This document shows positions 1 to 9,774 of a DNA stretch of 64,000 nt, piece by piece. Origin of the DNA: an uncultured Parachlamydiaceae bacterium (lineage in GTDB: Bacteria; Chlamydiota; Chlamydiia; Chlamydiales; Parachlamydiaceae); NCBI GenBank assembly GCA_963742415.1, contig CAVULX010000004.1:512001-576000 (forward strand), given 5' to 3'. The notes beneath the pieces are model-generated. The model was not told the origin of the DNA. It ran no database searches and worked only from the letters and a program-made list of their open reading frames with translations. Each line of letters starts with the position of its first letter. Within the stretch, counting starts at the first letter, position 1. Position numbers and translations under genes: made by a program.

Positions 1-1144
1 GAAAGCCATCTTTTCAAAAAATGAACTTGGGAAAATTTATCCTGTTGATTTGATTTCATATCTCAAATCAAAGGGATGGACACAGAAACAATGTGCATAT
101 AATTCTTTATTGATATGGACTCAAAAAAAAGCAGAAAAAGAAGAATTTGAAGTGCTAGTTCCACTTGAGACCAACTTTGTTGACTATGCACTAAGAATTA
201 GTGAAACATTGAGTGTTTTGGAAATATTCGAGAATCGCTCCGCAAGCTCCATTTACCAGAATTTAATTAATTCCTCAGCAGATGTTATCCGTATAAGAGC
301 GCACTCGTCAAAAACGTTTAACGGTACTCTTCCACTAAATGATAGTGTTTTTCTTTTGGAAGCATCAAGAGACTTAATTACAGCGGCAGCGTGTTCCACC
401 ATCTTACCCAAAGCAAACTATCCTACCCGAAAACCGGATAAGGTTGTAGAATTTATGGATAAAGTTCAATTTGACCATACGGAAAAAGGAAGCTTTATAA
501 TTACAATTTCTACAAAAATTCCACCAATTTTAAAGATGCCTGAAACTAATAATGAAAATATCATCATTGAAGAACCTTTCGAAAGAAGAGTAATGATGAA
601 CCTGATACTAGCATTAGAAGCATGTAGGGAAGCATCAAAAAAAGCCTTCATTAGTAATGATATTAATTCATTCGAATTAGCTATCGAAAAGGGGGTTAGT
701 GCAAATCTCTGTGAAGCCATTGTAGGCATAAGTAATAGTTGTGGAAATGAACATCTTGACATTTCCATGGAATGGTCTTTAGGTAGGCCGGCGCCTAAAC
801 CTATCCCAAATAAAGTCGAGTTTAATAAGGACTTTCTACCTTTTATTGGTGAAGCGGCACGTACATTTAAAGAAACCAAGCCCATTGAAGAATTCGAATT
901 AAGAGGCGTAGTAATAAAATTGACAAGTAAAGATAGAAAAAAAAGTGGCGAAATTACAGTTTTTGGATTACTAGAAGGCCAACAAAGAAAAGTAAATATC
1001 AAGCTTGAAAAACCGATATATGATATTGCCATTAAGGCACATCAAGACGGAATCCCAATTAGTTGCATTGGTGAACTGAAGAAACAGGGTAGTATTTATT
1101 CTTTAATAAACCCAAAAAACTTCACTTTAACAGAAAATTTATAG
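1..1144 (+). CDS. Conserved hypothetical protein, 5' end at or just beyond the window edge
   Basis: Frame is open from position 2 (KAIFSKNELGKIYPVDLISYLK...). Motifs YLxxxGW, VLVPL, GSFII and a C-terminal beta-rich (OB-like) segment; AT-rich. Confidence 0.7.
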   Translation, partial: KAIFSKNELGKIYPVDLISYLKSKGWTQKQCAYNSLLIWTQKKAEKEEFEVLVPLETNFVDYALRISETLSVLEIFENRSASSIYQNLINSSADVIRIRAHSSKTFNGTLPLNDSVFLLEASRDLITAAACSTILPKANYPTRKPDKVVEFMDKVQFDHTEKGSFIITISTKIPPILKMPETNNENIIIEEPFERRVMMNLILALEACREASKKAFISNDINSFELAIEKGVSANLCEAIVGISNSCGNEHLDISMEWSLGRPAPKPIPNKVEFNKDFLPFIGEAARTFKETKPIEEFELRGVVIKLTSKDRKKSGEITVFGLLEGQQRKVNIKLEKPIYDIAIKAHQDGIPISCIGELKKQGSIYSLINPKNFTLTENL

Positions 1145-1213
1145 AGATACCTACACAACTGCTATTTCTAGAAAATTATGATCAATATCATGGATATTAT
1201 TATGGGATTGGAT

Positions 1214-1606
1214 CTAATGACTCTTAGTCTTCACAGTAGGACTGCGAGGCATTAAGTAGGCCAACACGATTGCCATAAGGTAGAGTGCGGGGATATCGCC
1301 ATAGAGGTGACTAAATTCCGCAGGATCAAAAAGGGCTTGTAAAAGCATAATCGTTGCATGAACCACACTAGACCATACAGTAAACCAAATCAAACTTGCA
1401 TGAGCTAAAGGGTTTTTGGATGCAAGCAACAAAAACACTCCAAGGGTTGCATAAATTCCAATGATCATTTGTTCATACTTATATTGAGGAGGCTCCCACC
1501 TCCAACCTGAGGGCCAAACATTCATCAATGGATAGATCAAAAACATAACTATGCCAAAAAAAATTAAGGCATAACGGAGATAAAAAATCTTTTGCTTATC
1601 GTTCAT
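1214..1606 (-). CDS. Small 4-TM membrane protein (DUF6632-like)
   Basis: WPSGWRW, MIIGIYATLGVFLL and LIWFTVWSSVVHA motifs; AGGAG RBS upstream. Confidence 0.7.
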   Translation of the reverse strand: MNDKQKIFYLRYALIFFGIVMFLIYPLMNVWPSGWRWEPPQYKYEQMIIGIYATLGVFLLLASKNPLAHASLIWFTVWSSVVHATIMLLQALFDPAEFSHLYGDIPALYLMAIVLAYLMPRSPTVKTKSH

Positions 1607-1803
1607 AGGAATCTCCTAGTTTAAATTTTCTCAGAAAGGTCCAAGCTCCAGATTAATAATTTTTAATACCCTAAAATGCGGTCAATATTCCAGCAATAAG
1701 ATAGGCAGAGGTCATAGGGCTTCCATCAATAGGGGAAGGGACTATTGAATCATCTGCGACGATCATAAAAACAGTTTTACTTACAAAATTCAATAACTAT
1801 TAC

Positions 1804-2730
1804 TTACCTCTTGCGCAAACAATTTGCACGAAGCAATAACTCATCGAGATAGGGATTAACAAGCGAATCATGGGGACCGGGAAAATCCCAATAACTGCCG
1901 GCCATAGCGTTTAGGTGATCGAGTCCATTTCCTCCTCCAGTTGTAAACGTGAATTCGCCGAAATAGATATCTTTTCCATTCACAAAGAAATCGATCCTTA
2001 CATGATCTATTTTTTCTGCGAAACGCTCCCCAAAAGCAATTAGTTTGTCCATGCAATGAGGTTTCTCGATTGGTTCAGCAATGACTTGAAACTTTGGATG
2101 GGTTGTATCAAATAGATTCCAGTTCTCATTGTAATAAGAAACCATGGGATCTTTTGTATATCCCTCAATAAAAAACAGCGCAATCACTCGCACTTTTCCA
2201 TTAAAAAAATATAACTCTATCTCCATTGTTATATCTTCTAACAATTCTTCGAAGAAAATCATGGGCTCGACGAGCCCATATTGCTTCTCTTTATCTGCTG
2301 AGTAAAGATCTGTGAGCCATTTTTTAGCGTATGAGCGCAAAAATTTATTTGTACATTGTCTAGGAACAAAATTAGCTTCTCTTTTTCTCGTTGCAATCAC
2401 CATCCCGTTTTTGACTAATATTCCTCTATCCGAAGCATTATTTGCCTTCATGACAAAATTTTTGGGGAGGTTCTTGATGAAGATTTGAGAGGGATCATTT
2501 GTTGCAAAAAAAACCTTTGCTGTCAATATCTCATCTTGCACAATTTTTTTTACTTGTAACTTGTCCACAAGGAGGCCATAGGGAATCCGTGGATCTAAGT
2601 TGAGCCCTCTCCAGGAAATCTTTTGACCGAATGTCCAATCTTCCCAATTAGAGGGTTTATTGGGAGGAGATAAAGAAAAAACCTTTGCATCAACAAACAG
2701 AATAAAAATAATCAGCCATCGAAAGATCAT
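1804..2730 (-). CDS. TupA-like ATP-grasp amidoligase with N-terminal hydrophobic leader
   Basis: DKLQVK, FVMKAN, IFFEELL and HVRIDFF...IYFGEFTFTTGGG motifs. ATG at 2730 preferred over TTG at 2739. Confidence 0.75.
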   Translation of the reverse strand: MIFRWLIIFILFVDAKVFSLSPPNKPSNWEDWTFGQKISWRGLNLDPRIPYGLLVDKLQVKKIVQDEILTAKVFFATNDPSQIFIKNLPKNFVMKANNASDRGILVKNGMVIATRKREANFVPRQCTNKFLRSYAKKWLTDLYSADKEKQYGLVEPMIFFEELLEDITMEIELYFFNGKVRVIALFFIEGYTKDPMVSYYNENWNLFDTTHPKFQVIAEPIEKPHCMDKLIAFGERFAEKIDHVRIDFFVNGKDIYFGEFTFTTGGGNGLDHLNAMAGSYWDFPGPHDSLVNPYLDELLLRANCLRKR

Positions 2731-2994
2731 AATGTACAAGACCTAGGATATCCGTAAAATCTTTCCACGTTCTTCATACTCGCCATAGTCCCTCAAGAAT
2801 TAACCATATTAACTAGCAAATAAATTGTCACGTTCGGTATAGTAAATTGTCGTACGCATCAATCTAACGATTCCAAAAGTCAATTTATCCAATTATAAGC
2901 CATAAAAATCTTCTATTTTATTCCTTAAATTTATATAATTACATAATTCACTCATAATTAATAAGCTATTAACAATTATAGCTAACGATATAAA

Positions 2995-3164
2995 TAATGT
3001 AAGTTGAAATAACTAAATTAAACTTGGGACAATAGGGACCTAAGCGACCTTAGGGACATTGGAGACAGGGACAAAAAATCTAAATTGTCCCCGTCTCTAA
3101 TGTCCCTAAGGTCGCTTAGGTCCCTATTGTCCCAAGTTTAATTTAGTTATTTCAACTTACATTA
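2995..3164. repeat. 170-bp near-perfect inverted repeat (80-bp arms, 10-nt loop) with internal 9-bp periodic units
   Basis: 2995-3074 is the reverse complement of 3085-3164 with 2 mismatches. Confidence 0.97.
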
Positions 3165-3196
3165 AATATTATTTAAAAAATAAAAAGGAGAGGCTG

Positions 3197-6100
3197 GTGA
3201 ATCCACTTGGCAATACATTTGTTAATAATTATGCAACGTATAAGATCAATTCTTTGGATGAGCTATGGAAAGAAGTCGAAGAAGAGCTTGCAAGAAAGCA
3301 TATAAATTTTGATCAATCTTTGAAAAATGAGAGTACTCCATTAATTGTAGCGGTTTATTTTGCAGATAAAGATTTTTGTGAAAAGCTTATTAAAAAAGGG
3401 GCAAATGTTAATGAGAAAGGCCTAAGCGGCGGAACACCTTTATTAAAGGCTCTCCTAAATAATAAAATCGAAACAGCGAAGTTGTTAATTGAAAATCATG
3501 CAGATTTGAGTGAGATCCCTGGGGCGGGATACTCAATTTTACATAATGTCGCTGCAGCAGGCTTTAAAGATCTTTGCGAGTTATTGATAAATAGTGGAAT
3601 GGATCCAGACATAATGACCAAACCGTTTGACTTGCCTGAAAATGTTAATATCCCTCCATCATTGCTAAAAGATTTCCAAGAAAAAGGTTATGGACAGACT
3701 CCTTTGCTACTGGCAGCAGCAAAGCAGCATTTTGATGTGGTGGAACTTTTGATAAAAAGAGGAGCCAATGTCAATACCAAGGATATAAATGATAATACCC
3801 CCCTCTTCTTTGCATTACAATTTCAAAATGAAAAAATGGCAAAGCTGCTGATCGATTCGGGAGTTGATATTAATGCATTAGTGAAAAGTGGAAATGCTGA
3901 AATGACATTACTCCATCGTTTTTGTGTGTTTACTGATAAAGCAGAAACTGTTCAATTCATTCTGGTATTAGAAGCTAAAACTGATTCCATAGAACCAAAA
4001 TGGGGAATTACTCCTCTGCACGTTGCTGTGAATGCCAACAATATTGCGGCTGTCAAACATTTGTTAAGTAAAAGCGCCGATTGCAATATTAAAGATAAAC
4101 AAGGGCGTTCTCCTCTTCTTTATGCTGTAGAAAATGGAAATGCCGAAATAGCAAAACTTTTAGTAGCTGCAGGGGCAGATCCAAACGAAATCGTCAAAAA
4201 TGGCGCAATTGAAAGACCATTGCTTATCTATCTAATCACTGAATCATGCCAAGCAAACAATATAGAGCTATTATTAGAGTTAGGCGCCGATCCAAATCTA
4301 TCTGATAAGAGTGGAAACACGGCATTACATTATGCAACTGCTAAGCAACAGAGTGAAATATTATCTATATTGCTCAAGCATCCCGGAATAGATCTCAATA
4401 AACCTAATCTAGAAGGAATAACACCTCTGCATAAGGCTGTTTTAAAAAACGATAACCATTTAAATATCATGACCCTTTTAAATGCCGAGGCTGATGTTAA
4501 AATTGTTGAAAAAAAGAAGTTTACACCTTTGACTTTAGTTTATTTTTACCGCAATCAAAGACAAGAGACTATTGATGCATTAAAGTTACATGATAAAGGC
4601 CTGACTGATCAGCTATTGGATCTTAGGCATCTTGGCCACCGTTTCTCCGTAAAAGGAGATTTTTTTGGAGGGTCTCGCAGGCATGTTGCCTTGTCCTCTC
4701 TGATCGATTCGCTGGAGCTTTTTATATCCACCAATCATGAAGATTCAAAAATATTTAAGCAGTCATTAGCAGAATTATCTGAACTACATCATCATATTGA
4801 AGATCAAAATTATTTTATTGACCGAGTTAGACAAGGAGAGCCCGCTTACGTACTGGCGGGTTTCCCCGAACATGCTGTTTTCGCTGCTTTTGGAAAAGAC
4901 AACAAAGGGCAACACATTTTAATTACAGGGAATCAGGGGGAAGGTTCGGAGGAAGATCCTGGTTTAAAGATATATAAAATATCCAAATTTTCTCAAATTG
5001 AGAAAGCGATTCAGCAATTATTTAGTATGGACTTAACCGACTCTGAATTAGAAGATGGATTTAAGAAAGGAAAAACCCTGGAAGAGATTAACAAAGAAAA
5101 AACAGAGGAAAGTATACGATTTTTTAATGTAGGATTGCATCATCTTTTAGGGAGTCAATTTCTCTGTAAAATCCGCAAAAAATATCAAGAGTCAGGATGT
5201 TGCACTTGGATTGTTGCCAAAAATACTTTCAGGGCGTCGCAAATTTTTCAAAACCTTAAGAATGGAAAAGAGTTGAAAGATGCGATTATCGAAGGCCTTA
5301 AAGCTTATAAAAAATGGGGGATTTTTGATCGCTCTTTCATGATGATGTTTCTTGAGGAAATCGAAAAGCATGGCAACAGCTCGATCAAAGATTTAATTGA
5401 CTTTGAAGACCTCTACAGAGGGATCTTACACAAAAGCTTAAAACCGAGCCAAGGGAATATGGCTCAAAATATTTTAGAGAAAAAGCCGGGACTCGCCTCT
5501 TTAAAAGCTTTAGTGAGATCGACACTTAATCAAATGGGCAATTTTAAAAAGCTGGAAGCAAAAGTAGCGAAGTCACAAAAACGTTACGAATTCGCTTTAT
5601 CACTCGCTAAAAATATCCCTGATGAGTCAGAAAGGGAAGCCGCCTTCTTTGACATTGCTTATCATATGTTAAATGCCGGCTTTTTGCTAGATGTTGATTT
5701 GCTTCGTTCAGTCGTCAGGGAGATGAAAGATTCTATTAGTCAAATGTACGTTCTTGAAAATCTTGTTGTTTATCTTCTTAAAGAAAAAAATACGGCAAAG
5801 GTGATTGAATGCATCAATGAATTTCGTTTGGCACATCAACGGCCAAAACATAGTTTGTTTGAAAAGATAAAAATGCATTCTCAAAGTCTAGAGCAAATAT
5901 TAAACATCACTCTTTCCATACCGATGTCAGTAGAAGAAGAGACTTTGTATTCATATAAAATTTTTGAACTGGCAACGAAAAGCAGCATTCCTCTAGCTGA
6001 ATTAATTGACACTGTTCCTTATTTGGAAAACAGAGCAGCTCTTTACATAAAAGCAGCGGGTTTTGTTTCTTCAACAAGTCTCGAGCAAACAGCTTTTTTT

Positions 6101-6577
6101 GCTAGAAGATCCTTAGATTTGCTTAAGAATAGTTCCAATGAACTTTTAAGGTTTAATATTTTGAATTTAGGGATCATACCCTATCTTTTTTTGGCCAACA
6201 GCACAAATAAAGAATCTTTTGCTAATAAAGAATCTTTTGCTAATCAAATTTTAGGTTATATAAAAACGCAGAATAACAAATTAGCTGCAGTTTCGTCATT
6301 ATTCGCAATGATTATTACTGCACACTTCAACAAATTGCCATTGGCAAAGGTGATAGAAAACGAAATAATAAATCATCTCGATCAGATTCCTGAAGGCTTA
6401 GAAAAATATCAGACAATTGGTAATTTAATTAATTTTATCCCATTTCGTTCGACAGAAGAAGCTGCAGAAGAAAGGGGGGCGTTTTCCAAAAAGGTTCATG
6501 GATCCATTGAAAATTTAACAAACCTTGAACAAAAAGCAATCTTGCTGAATCAATGGTCTCAGGTTAATAAATTTTAA
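3197..6577 (+). CDS. Ankyrin-repeat protein (1126 aa) with a putative central cysteine-protease-like domain; candidate effector
   Basis: Multiple G.TPLH/TPLL...LL..GAD.N repeats in the first ~450 aa; H...N...QESGCCTW motif; helical C-terminus; AAGGAG RBS before GTG. Confidence 0.9.
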   Translation: MNPLGNTFVNNYATYKINSLDELWKEVEEELARKHINFDQSLKNESTPLIVAVYFADKDFCEKLIKKGANVNEKGLSGGTPLLKALLNNKIETAKLLIENHADLSEIPGAGYSILHNVAAAGFKDLCELLINSGMDPDIMTKPFDLPENVNIPPSLLKDFQEKGYGQTPLLLAAAKQHFDVVELLIKRGANVNTKDINDNTPLFFALQFQNEKMAKLLIDSGVDINALVKSGNAEMTLLHRFCVFTDKAETVQFILVLEAKTDSIEPKWGITPLHVAVNANNIAAVKHLLSKSADCNIKDKQGRSPLLYAVENGNAEIAKLLVAAGADPNEIVKNGAIERPLLIYLITESCQANNIELLLELGADPNLSDKSGNTALHYATAKQQSEILSILLKHPGIDLNKPNLEGITPLHKAVLKNDNHLNIMTLLNAEADVKIVEKKKFTPLTLVYFYRNQRQETIDALKLHDKGLTDQLLDLRHLGHRFSVKGDFFGGSRRHVALSSLIDSLELFISTNHEDSKIFKQSLAELSELHHHIEDQNYFIDRVRQGEPAYVLAGFPEHAVFAAFGKDNKGQHILITGNQGEGSEEDPGLKIYKISKFSQIEKAIQQLFSMDLTDSELEDGFKKGKTLEEINKEKTEESIRFFNVGLHHLLGSQFLCKIRKKYQESGCCTWIVAKNTFRASQIFQNLKNGKELKDAIIEGLKAYKKWGIFDRSFMMMFLEEIEKHGNSSIKDLIDFEDLYRGILHKSLKPSQGNMAQNILEKKPGLASLKALVRSTLNQMGNFKKLEAKVAKSQKRYEFALSLAKNIPDESEREAAFFDIAYHMLNAGFLLDVDLLRSVVREMKDSISQMYVLENLVVYLLKEKNTAKVIECINEFRLAHQRPKHSLFEKIKMHSQSLEQILNITLSIPMSVEEETLYSYKIFELATKSSIPLAELIDTVPYLENRAALYIKAAGFVSSTSLEQTAFFARRSLDLLKNSSNELLRFNILNLGIIPYLFLANSTNKESFANKESFANQILGYIKTQNNKLAAVSSLFAMIITAHFNKLPLAKVIENEIINHLDQIPEGLEKYQTIGNLINFIPFRSTEEAAEERGAFSKKVHGSIENLTNLEQKAILLNQWSQVNKF

Positions 6578-6591
6578 TATCCTAAAACGCG

Positions 6592-6619
6592 CCCCCTGCG
6601 GTCAAATAGACCGCGGGGG
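6592..6619. terminator. GC-rich hairpin between convergent genes, probable terminator
   Basis: CCCCCTGCGGTC-AAATA-GACCGCGGGGG, just after the ankyrin stop and before the S53 stop. Confidence 0.6.
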
Positions 6620-6640
6620 ATGCATCTAAGACACCATTTG

Positions 6641-8731
6641 TTACCTGGTTGTCGTTAGATTTGTGACCGTGCTGGAAGCAGATCCTCCTCCTGATACGGT
6701 AGCTGATGGCGTTAATATAGAAGAAGCGGCGGCGCTCACATTGACGTTCAATGTTATTGTCGGATAGCTCGAACTGGGCTGCAGTACATTGCTTTGGGCG
6801 AATGTTTGGGTATTATTATTAAAAGCCCATCCTGAACCGCTAAATGAGCTATAGCTAAGACCATTTGGAAGAGTCACACCTACCGTTACAGGACCCGAGG
6901 TCGAACCATTCCCTTGATTAGAAACCACAATTTTGTAAGAGCCGATTCCCCCTTTCGTGAAAGGAGCGTTGTGCTTCATCAGAATATTCAAAAGGGAGGA
7001 GTCCGGAGGAGGGACCAAGGCATCCGTTAAGCTTGCAAACAAATTAGCCCCGTTAAAGGAACCCCATCCTGAAGCATTATCATAACCCAGCAGGGCATGA
7101 TAATAAAGATTGTTACCCGTTGTCACATCATGAAAATTTGTCGAATAGGACGACCCTGTCCCAATGGCATAAAGTGTAGGATTGGCAAATCCTAATACCG
7201 GCTTTTGATTAGCCTCTAGTTCTTGGTTTACGCAAGCAGTAAAAGCTGCCCAAAGAGGCGCTGCACAACTGGTGCCGCCATAGATCTGCCATTGACCATC
7301 GTAAAAAATGGCATAGCCAGTGGTCGTATCGGCATTGAGCGCGACATCGGGAACGTTGCGATGGGTCTTTGAATATACGGAGGATACATTTGCTTGCCAT
7401 GAAGGGATTGGCCAAATACTGCTGACACCACCTCCGCCAGCCCCGTAGCCGAGACCGTCATTCCATACAGATTCACTTTCATAAGAACATGTATCTGCAT
7501 TCACGTTAAGTCTTGTCCCTCCTACACCCACAACATAAGGCTGAGAAGCCGGATCATCCACTACAAGAGACCGAGAGTAATTGTTGGCATAGTCATCATA
7601 AGCACCGCTATCGCCTGCCGCTGCATAAATTGTCTGCCCTTGCGTTGCCATCTGCAGGAAAATCGCATTCTCAGCTTGAAGGTATTGAGCATTCACCAAA
7701 TCTTCGCCCAATCCCCAAGAAGTACTTACCTGTTTGGCAATATTGTCTGTGGCGATCCGATTATATGTATCCAGAACACCTTGATCGGAGTTAGGGCCTT
7801 CGTAAACGTAAATTTGACTTTCTGGGGCCAACGCAAGCGCAAGCTCGATGTCAAGGGTAACTTCCGCATCAATGCCGCTATGGCTGCCGCCGTCAACCAT
7901 GATATTCTTCAACTTGGCGGATGGTAAACCAAAATAGTTCGTATATTCGTTGATATCGCTTGCCTGATATCCTGCCAACTCGAATAGAGCTATAATTTGG
8001 CCAGATCCGTTAGCTGACAAATTTCCGATGTTGTAAGCTTGCACGAGGTCATTAGGGGAGAAACCTCCTCCAGGGCCGGACGGAAATGCGTGTGGGGCAG
8101 ATTTGGAAGCATGGGAAGCTTCTGCTGTATGTTTTCGACGGTGGTAAGTATGCCATACGGAGTGGTTATGCAGACCCACTATACCGGTAATCATGGAAGC
8201 AATGGAGGCAGGCACTTCAGGGTCATCATTCGGAGCATGAAATTTCCGGCCATTCGACAACATATACTCGTGAAGGCTGAGGTTAAAAGCCGCTTCAATG
8301 GTACTTGCAGAACCGCTAACGTTCACCAGCGTGCGATTGGAATGAGTGATATGAACCGTTAAGCCTAAACTTTTGGCATGTGCAATGACTTGATCATAAT
8401 CTTCTTGAGTGGGAGCAAATCGTTCGACAAATTCTTCGGAGGTAAGATACTTGCCATAATGCTGCGTATCAGCGGGGTCATGGATTCGGTCTACAAGGTC
8501 TTGTAGTTCTTCCTGGTTGCGCAGAGGCAAAGTGAAGGTCAGGGGAACATGTGTGTTTGCATCCAGATTATTTAAGAAAACTGCGTTGCTCACAGCCTTG
8601 CTAGGAACATGGCCAGCGAGCCTCACGGAAGAAGATGTAGAAGTGTCAGCCGTCGCATAACCTATATGCAGGGTGAGCGTCAGCATGAGTAACGCAAGGC
8701 ATTTAAAAGATTTAGAGAGATAATCGTTCAT
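6641..8731 (-). CDS. S53 family (sedolisin/kumamolisin) peptidase with signal peptide, prodomain and C-terminal DUF11-like Ig domain
   Basis: YGKYLT.EEF prodomain; EVTLD, AAAGDSG and GGTS catalytic motifs; GYDNASGWGS. ATG at 8731 has an AGAGG RBS. Confidence 0.92.
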   Translation of the reverse strand: MNDYLSKSFKCLALLMLTLTLHIGYATADTSTSSSVRLAGHVPSKAVSNAVFLNNLDANTHVPLTFTLPLRNQEELQDLVDRIHDPADTQHYGKYLTSEEFVERFAPTQEDYDQVIAHAKSLGLTVHITHSNRTLVNVSGSASTIEAAFNLSLHEYMLSNGRKFHAPNDDPEVPASIASMITGIVGLHNHSVWHTYHRRKHTAEASHASKSAPHAFPSGPGGGFSPNDLVQAYNIGNLSANGSGQIIALFELAGYQASDINEYTNYFGLPSAKLKNIMVDGGSHSGIDAEVTLDIELALALAPESQIYVYEGPNSDQGVLDTYNRIATDNIAKQVSTSWGLGEDLVNAQYLQAENAIFLQMATQGQTIYAAAGDSGAYDDYANNYSRSLVVDDPASQPYVVGVGGTRLNVNADTCSYESESVWNDGLGYGAGGGGVSSIWPIPSWQANVSSVYSKTHRNVPDVALNADTTTGYAIFYDGQWQIYGGTSCAAPLWAAFTACVNQELEANQKPVLGFANPTLYAIGTGSSYSTNFHDVTTGNNLYYHALLGYDNASGWGSFNGANLFASLTDALVPPPDSSLLNILMKHNAPFTKGGIGSYKIVVSNQGNGSTSGPVTVGVTLPNGLSYSSFSGSGWAFNNNTQTFAQSNVLQPSSSYPTITLNVNVSAAASSILTPSATVSGGGSASSTVTNLTTTR

Positions 8732-8885
8732 TTTAAGTTTCCTCTGTTGGGTTTTGATTAAAGACACGACGCAAATGTTGATGAAGAACTTAAAAAAAAA
8801 TTATCTATTTTACAAACATTTTTCTTGGGGGAGGGTTTTTTTTTGGAGAACCTTTGAATAAAATGGCTGATTTGGAATAGCATCC

Positions 8886-8910
8886 ATCTTTTAAATTAAA
8901 TTTAAAAGAT
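8886..8910. promoter_or_regulatory. Palindrome in the divergent S53/CPBP intergenic region, possible operator
   Basis: ATCTTTTAAAT-TAA-ATTTAAAAGAT, perfect 11-bp arms but AT-rich. Confidence 0.35.
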
Positions 8911-8936
8911 AAGTCCTAAACGAAGGGGTAAGCCTC

Positions 8937-9749
8937 ATGTCATTAGCTTATAGCTATAAGCCGGTTCAGTTTTATTTAGCGACTTTTGTGTGCACTTGGA
9001 TTCCGTGGTTCATTGCCGCCTATTTAAGCCATCAAAGGGGGAAAGAAAAGTTGCAACTGCTGTGTATGCTTACAGGTTTACTTGTTCCTTTCATCGCGGC
9101 TCTTGTGATGATCTACGCCTCAAGAAACCATCGGCTGATCCAAGACTTCTGGCATCGATTGTTTTTATACAGAATTGATCAAAGCTCTCTATTCATCATT
9201 TTTGTTGCTATCCCCGCAGCATTTTTCGGCGGAGTAGCTTTATCCCTGTTGTTTGGGAAATCGGTAGAGCAATTTGAGCTTGCTAAAGAACTCAATGTCA
9301 TGAAGGGATGGCAAACCTTGAGTTTGCTGATTCCTGTTTTCTTTGCTCCTGCATTAGAGGAGCTGGGATGGAGAGGATATGGTGTGGATAGCCTTAGAAG
9401 CAATTTTAACCTATTTTATACATCGATGTTGTTTGCCTTCCTTTGGGGCTTGTGGCATCTTCCCATGTTTTTTGTTAAAGGTTACTATCATCACGAGCTA
9501 TGGAATCTCAATATAATCTATGTAATTAATTTTTTTATTAGCATGATACCGGCGGCAATTTTGATTAATTGGATCTATTATCGAAATAACCGCAGCATCA
9601 TGATTGCAATTTTGGTGCATGCATTGTTCAATGCACTTGCCGTGTTTTTTAAAGCAGAACAATTCACAAAATGTATCATCACTGTTCTTCTATGCGGTGT
9701 TTCAGCTGTTGTTGTTTTCTTTGATAAAGCTTTTTTCTTTGCTAAATAA
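8937..9749 (+). CDS. CPBP family (CAAX/Abi) intramembrane glutamic endopeptidase
   Basis: EELGWRGY, WGLWH and HALFN motifs; multi-TM. Confidence 0.92.
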   Translation: MSLAYSYKPVQFYLATFVCTWIPWFIAAYLSHQRGKEKLQLLCMLTGLLVPFIAALVMIYASRNHRLIQDFWHRLFLYRIDQSSLFIIFVAIPAAFFGGVALSLLFGKSVEQFELAKELNVMKGWQTLSLLIPVFFAPALEELGWRGYGVDSLRSNFNLFYTSMLFAFLWGLWHLPMFFVKGYYHHELWNLNIIYVINFFISMIPAAILINWIYYRNNRSIMIAILVHALFNALAVFFKAEQFTKCIITVLLCGVSAVVVFFDKAFFFAK

Positions 9750-9774
9750 TTTTAAAAAAAATGCCTTGCCTTTT

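Noticed and set aside
466..1032. 188-aa antisense ORF and the many other short shadow ORFs in the track
   Set aside because: They overlap well-supported genes and have no recognisable motifs.
8937..9749. CPBP 'Abi' protein as abortive-infection defence
   Set aside because: The family name is historical; the motifs indicate an intramembrane protease and the context is not defence-like.
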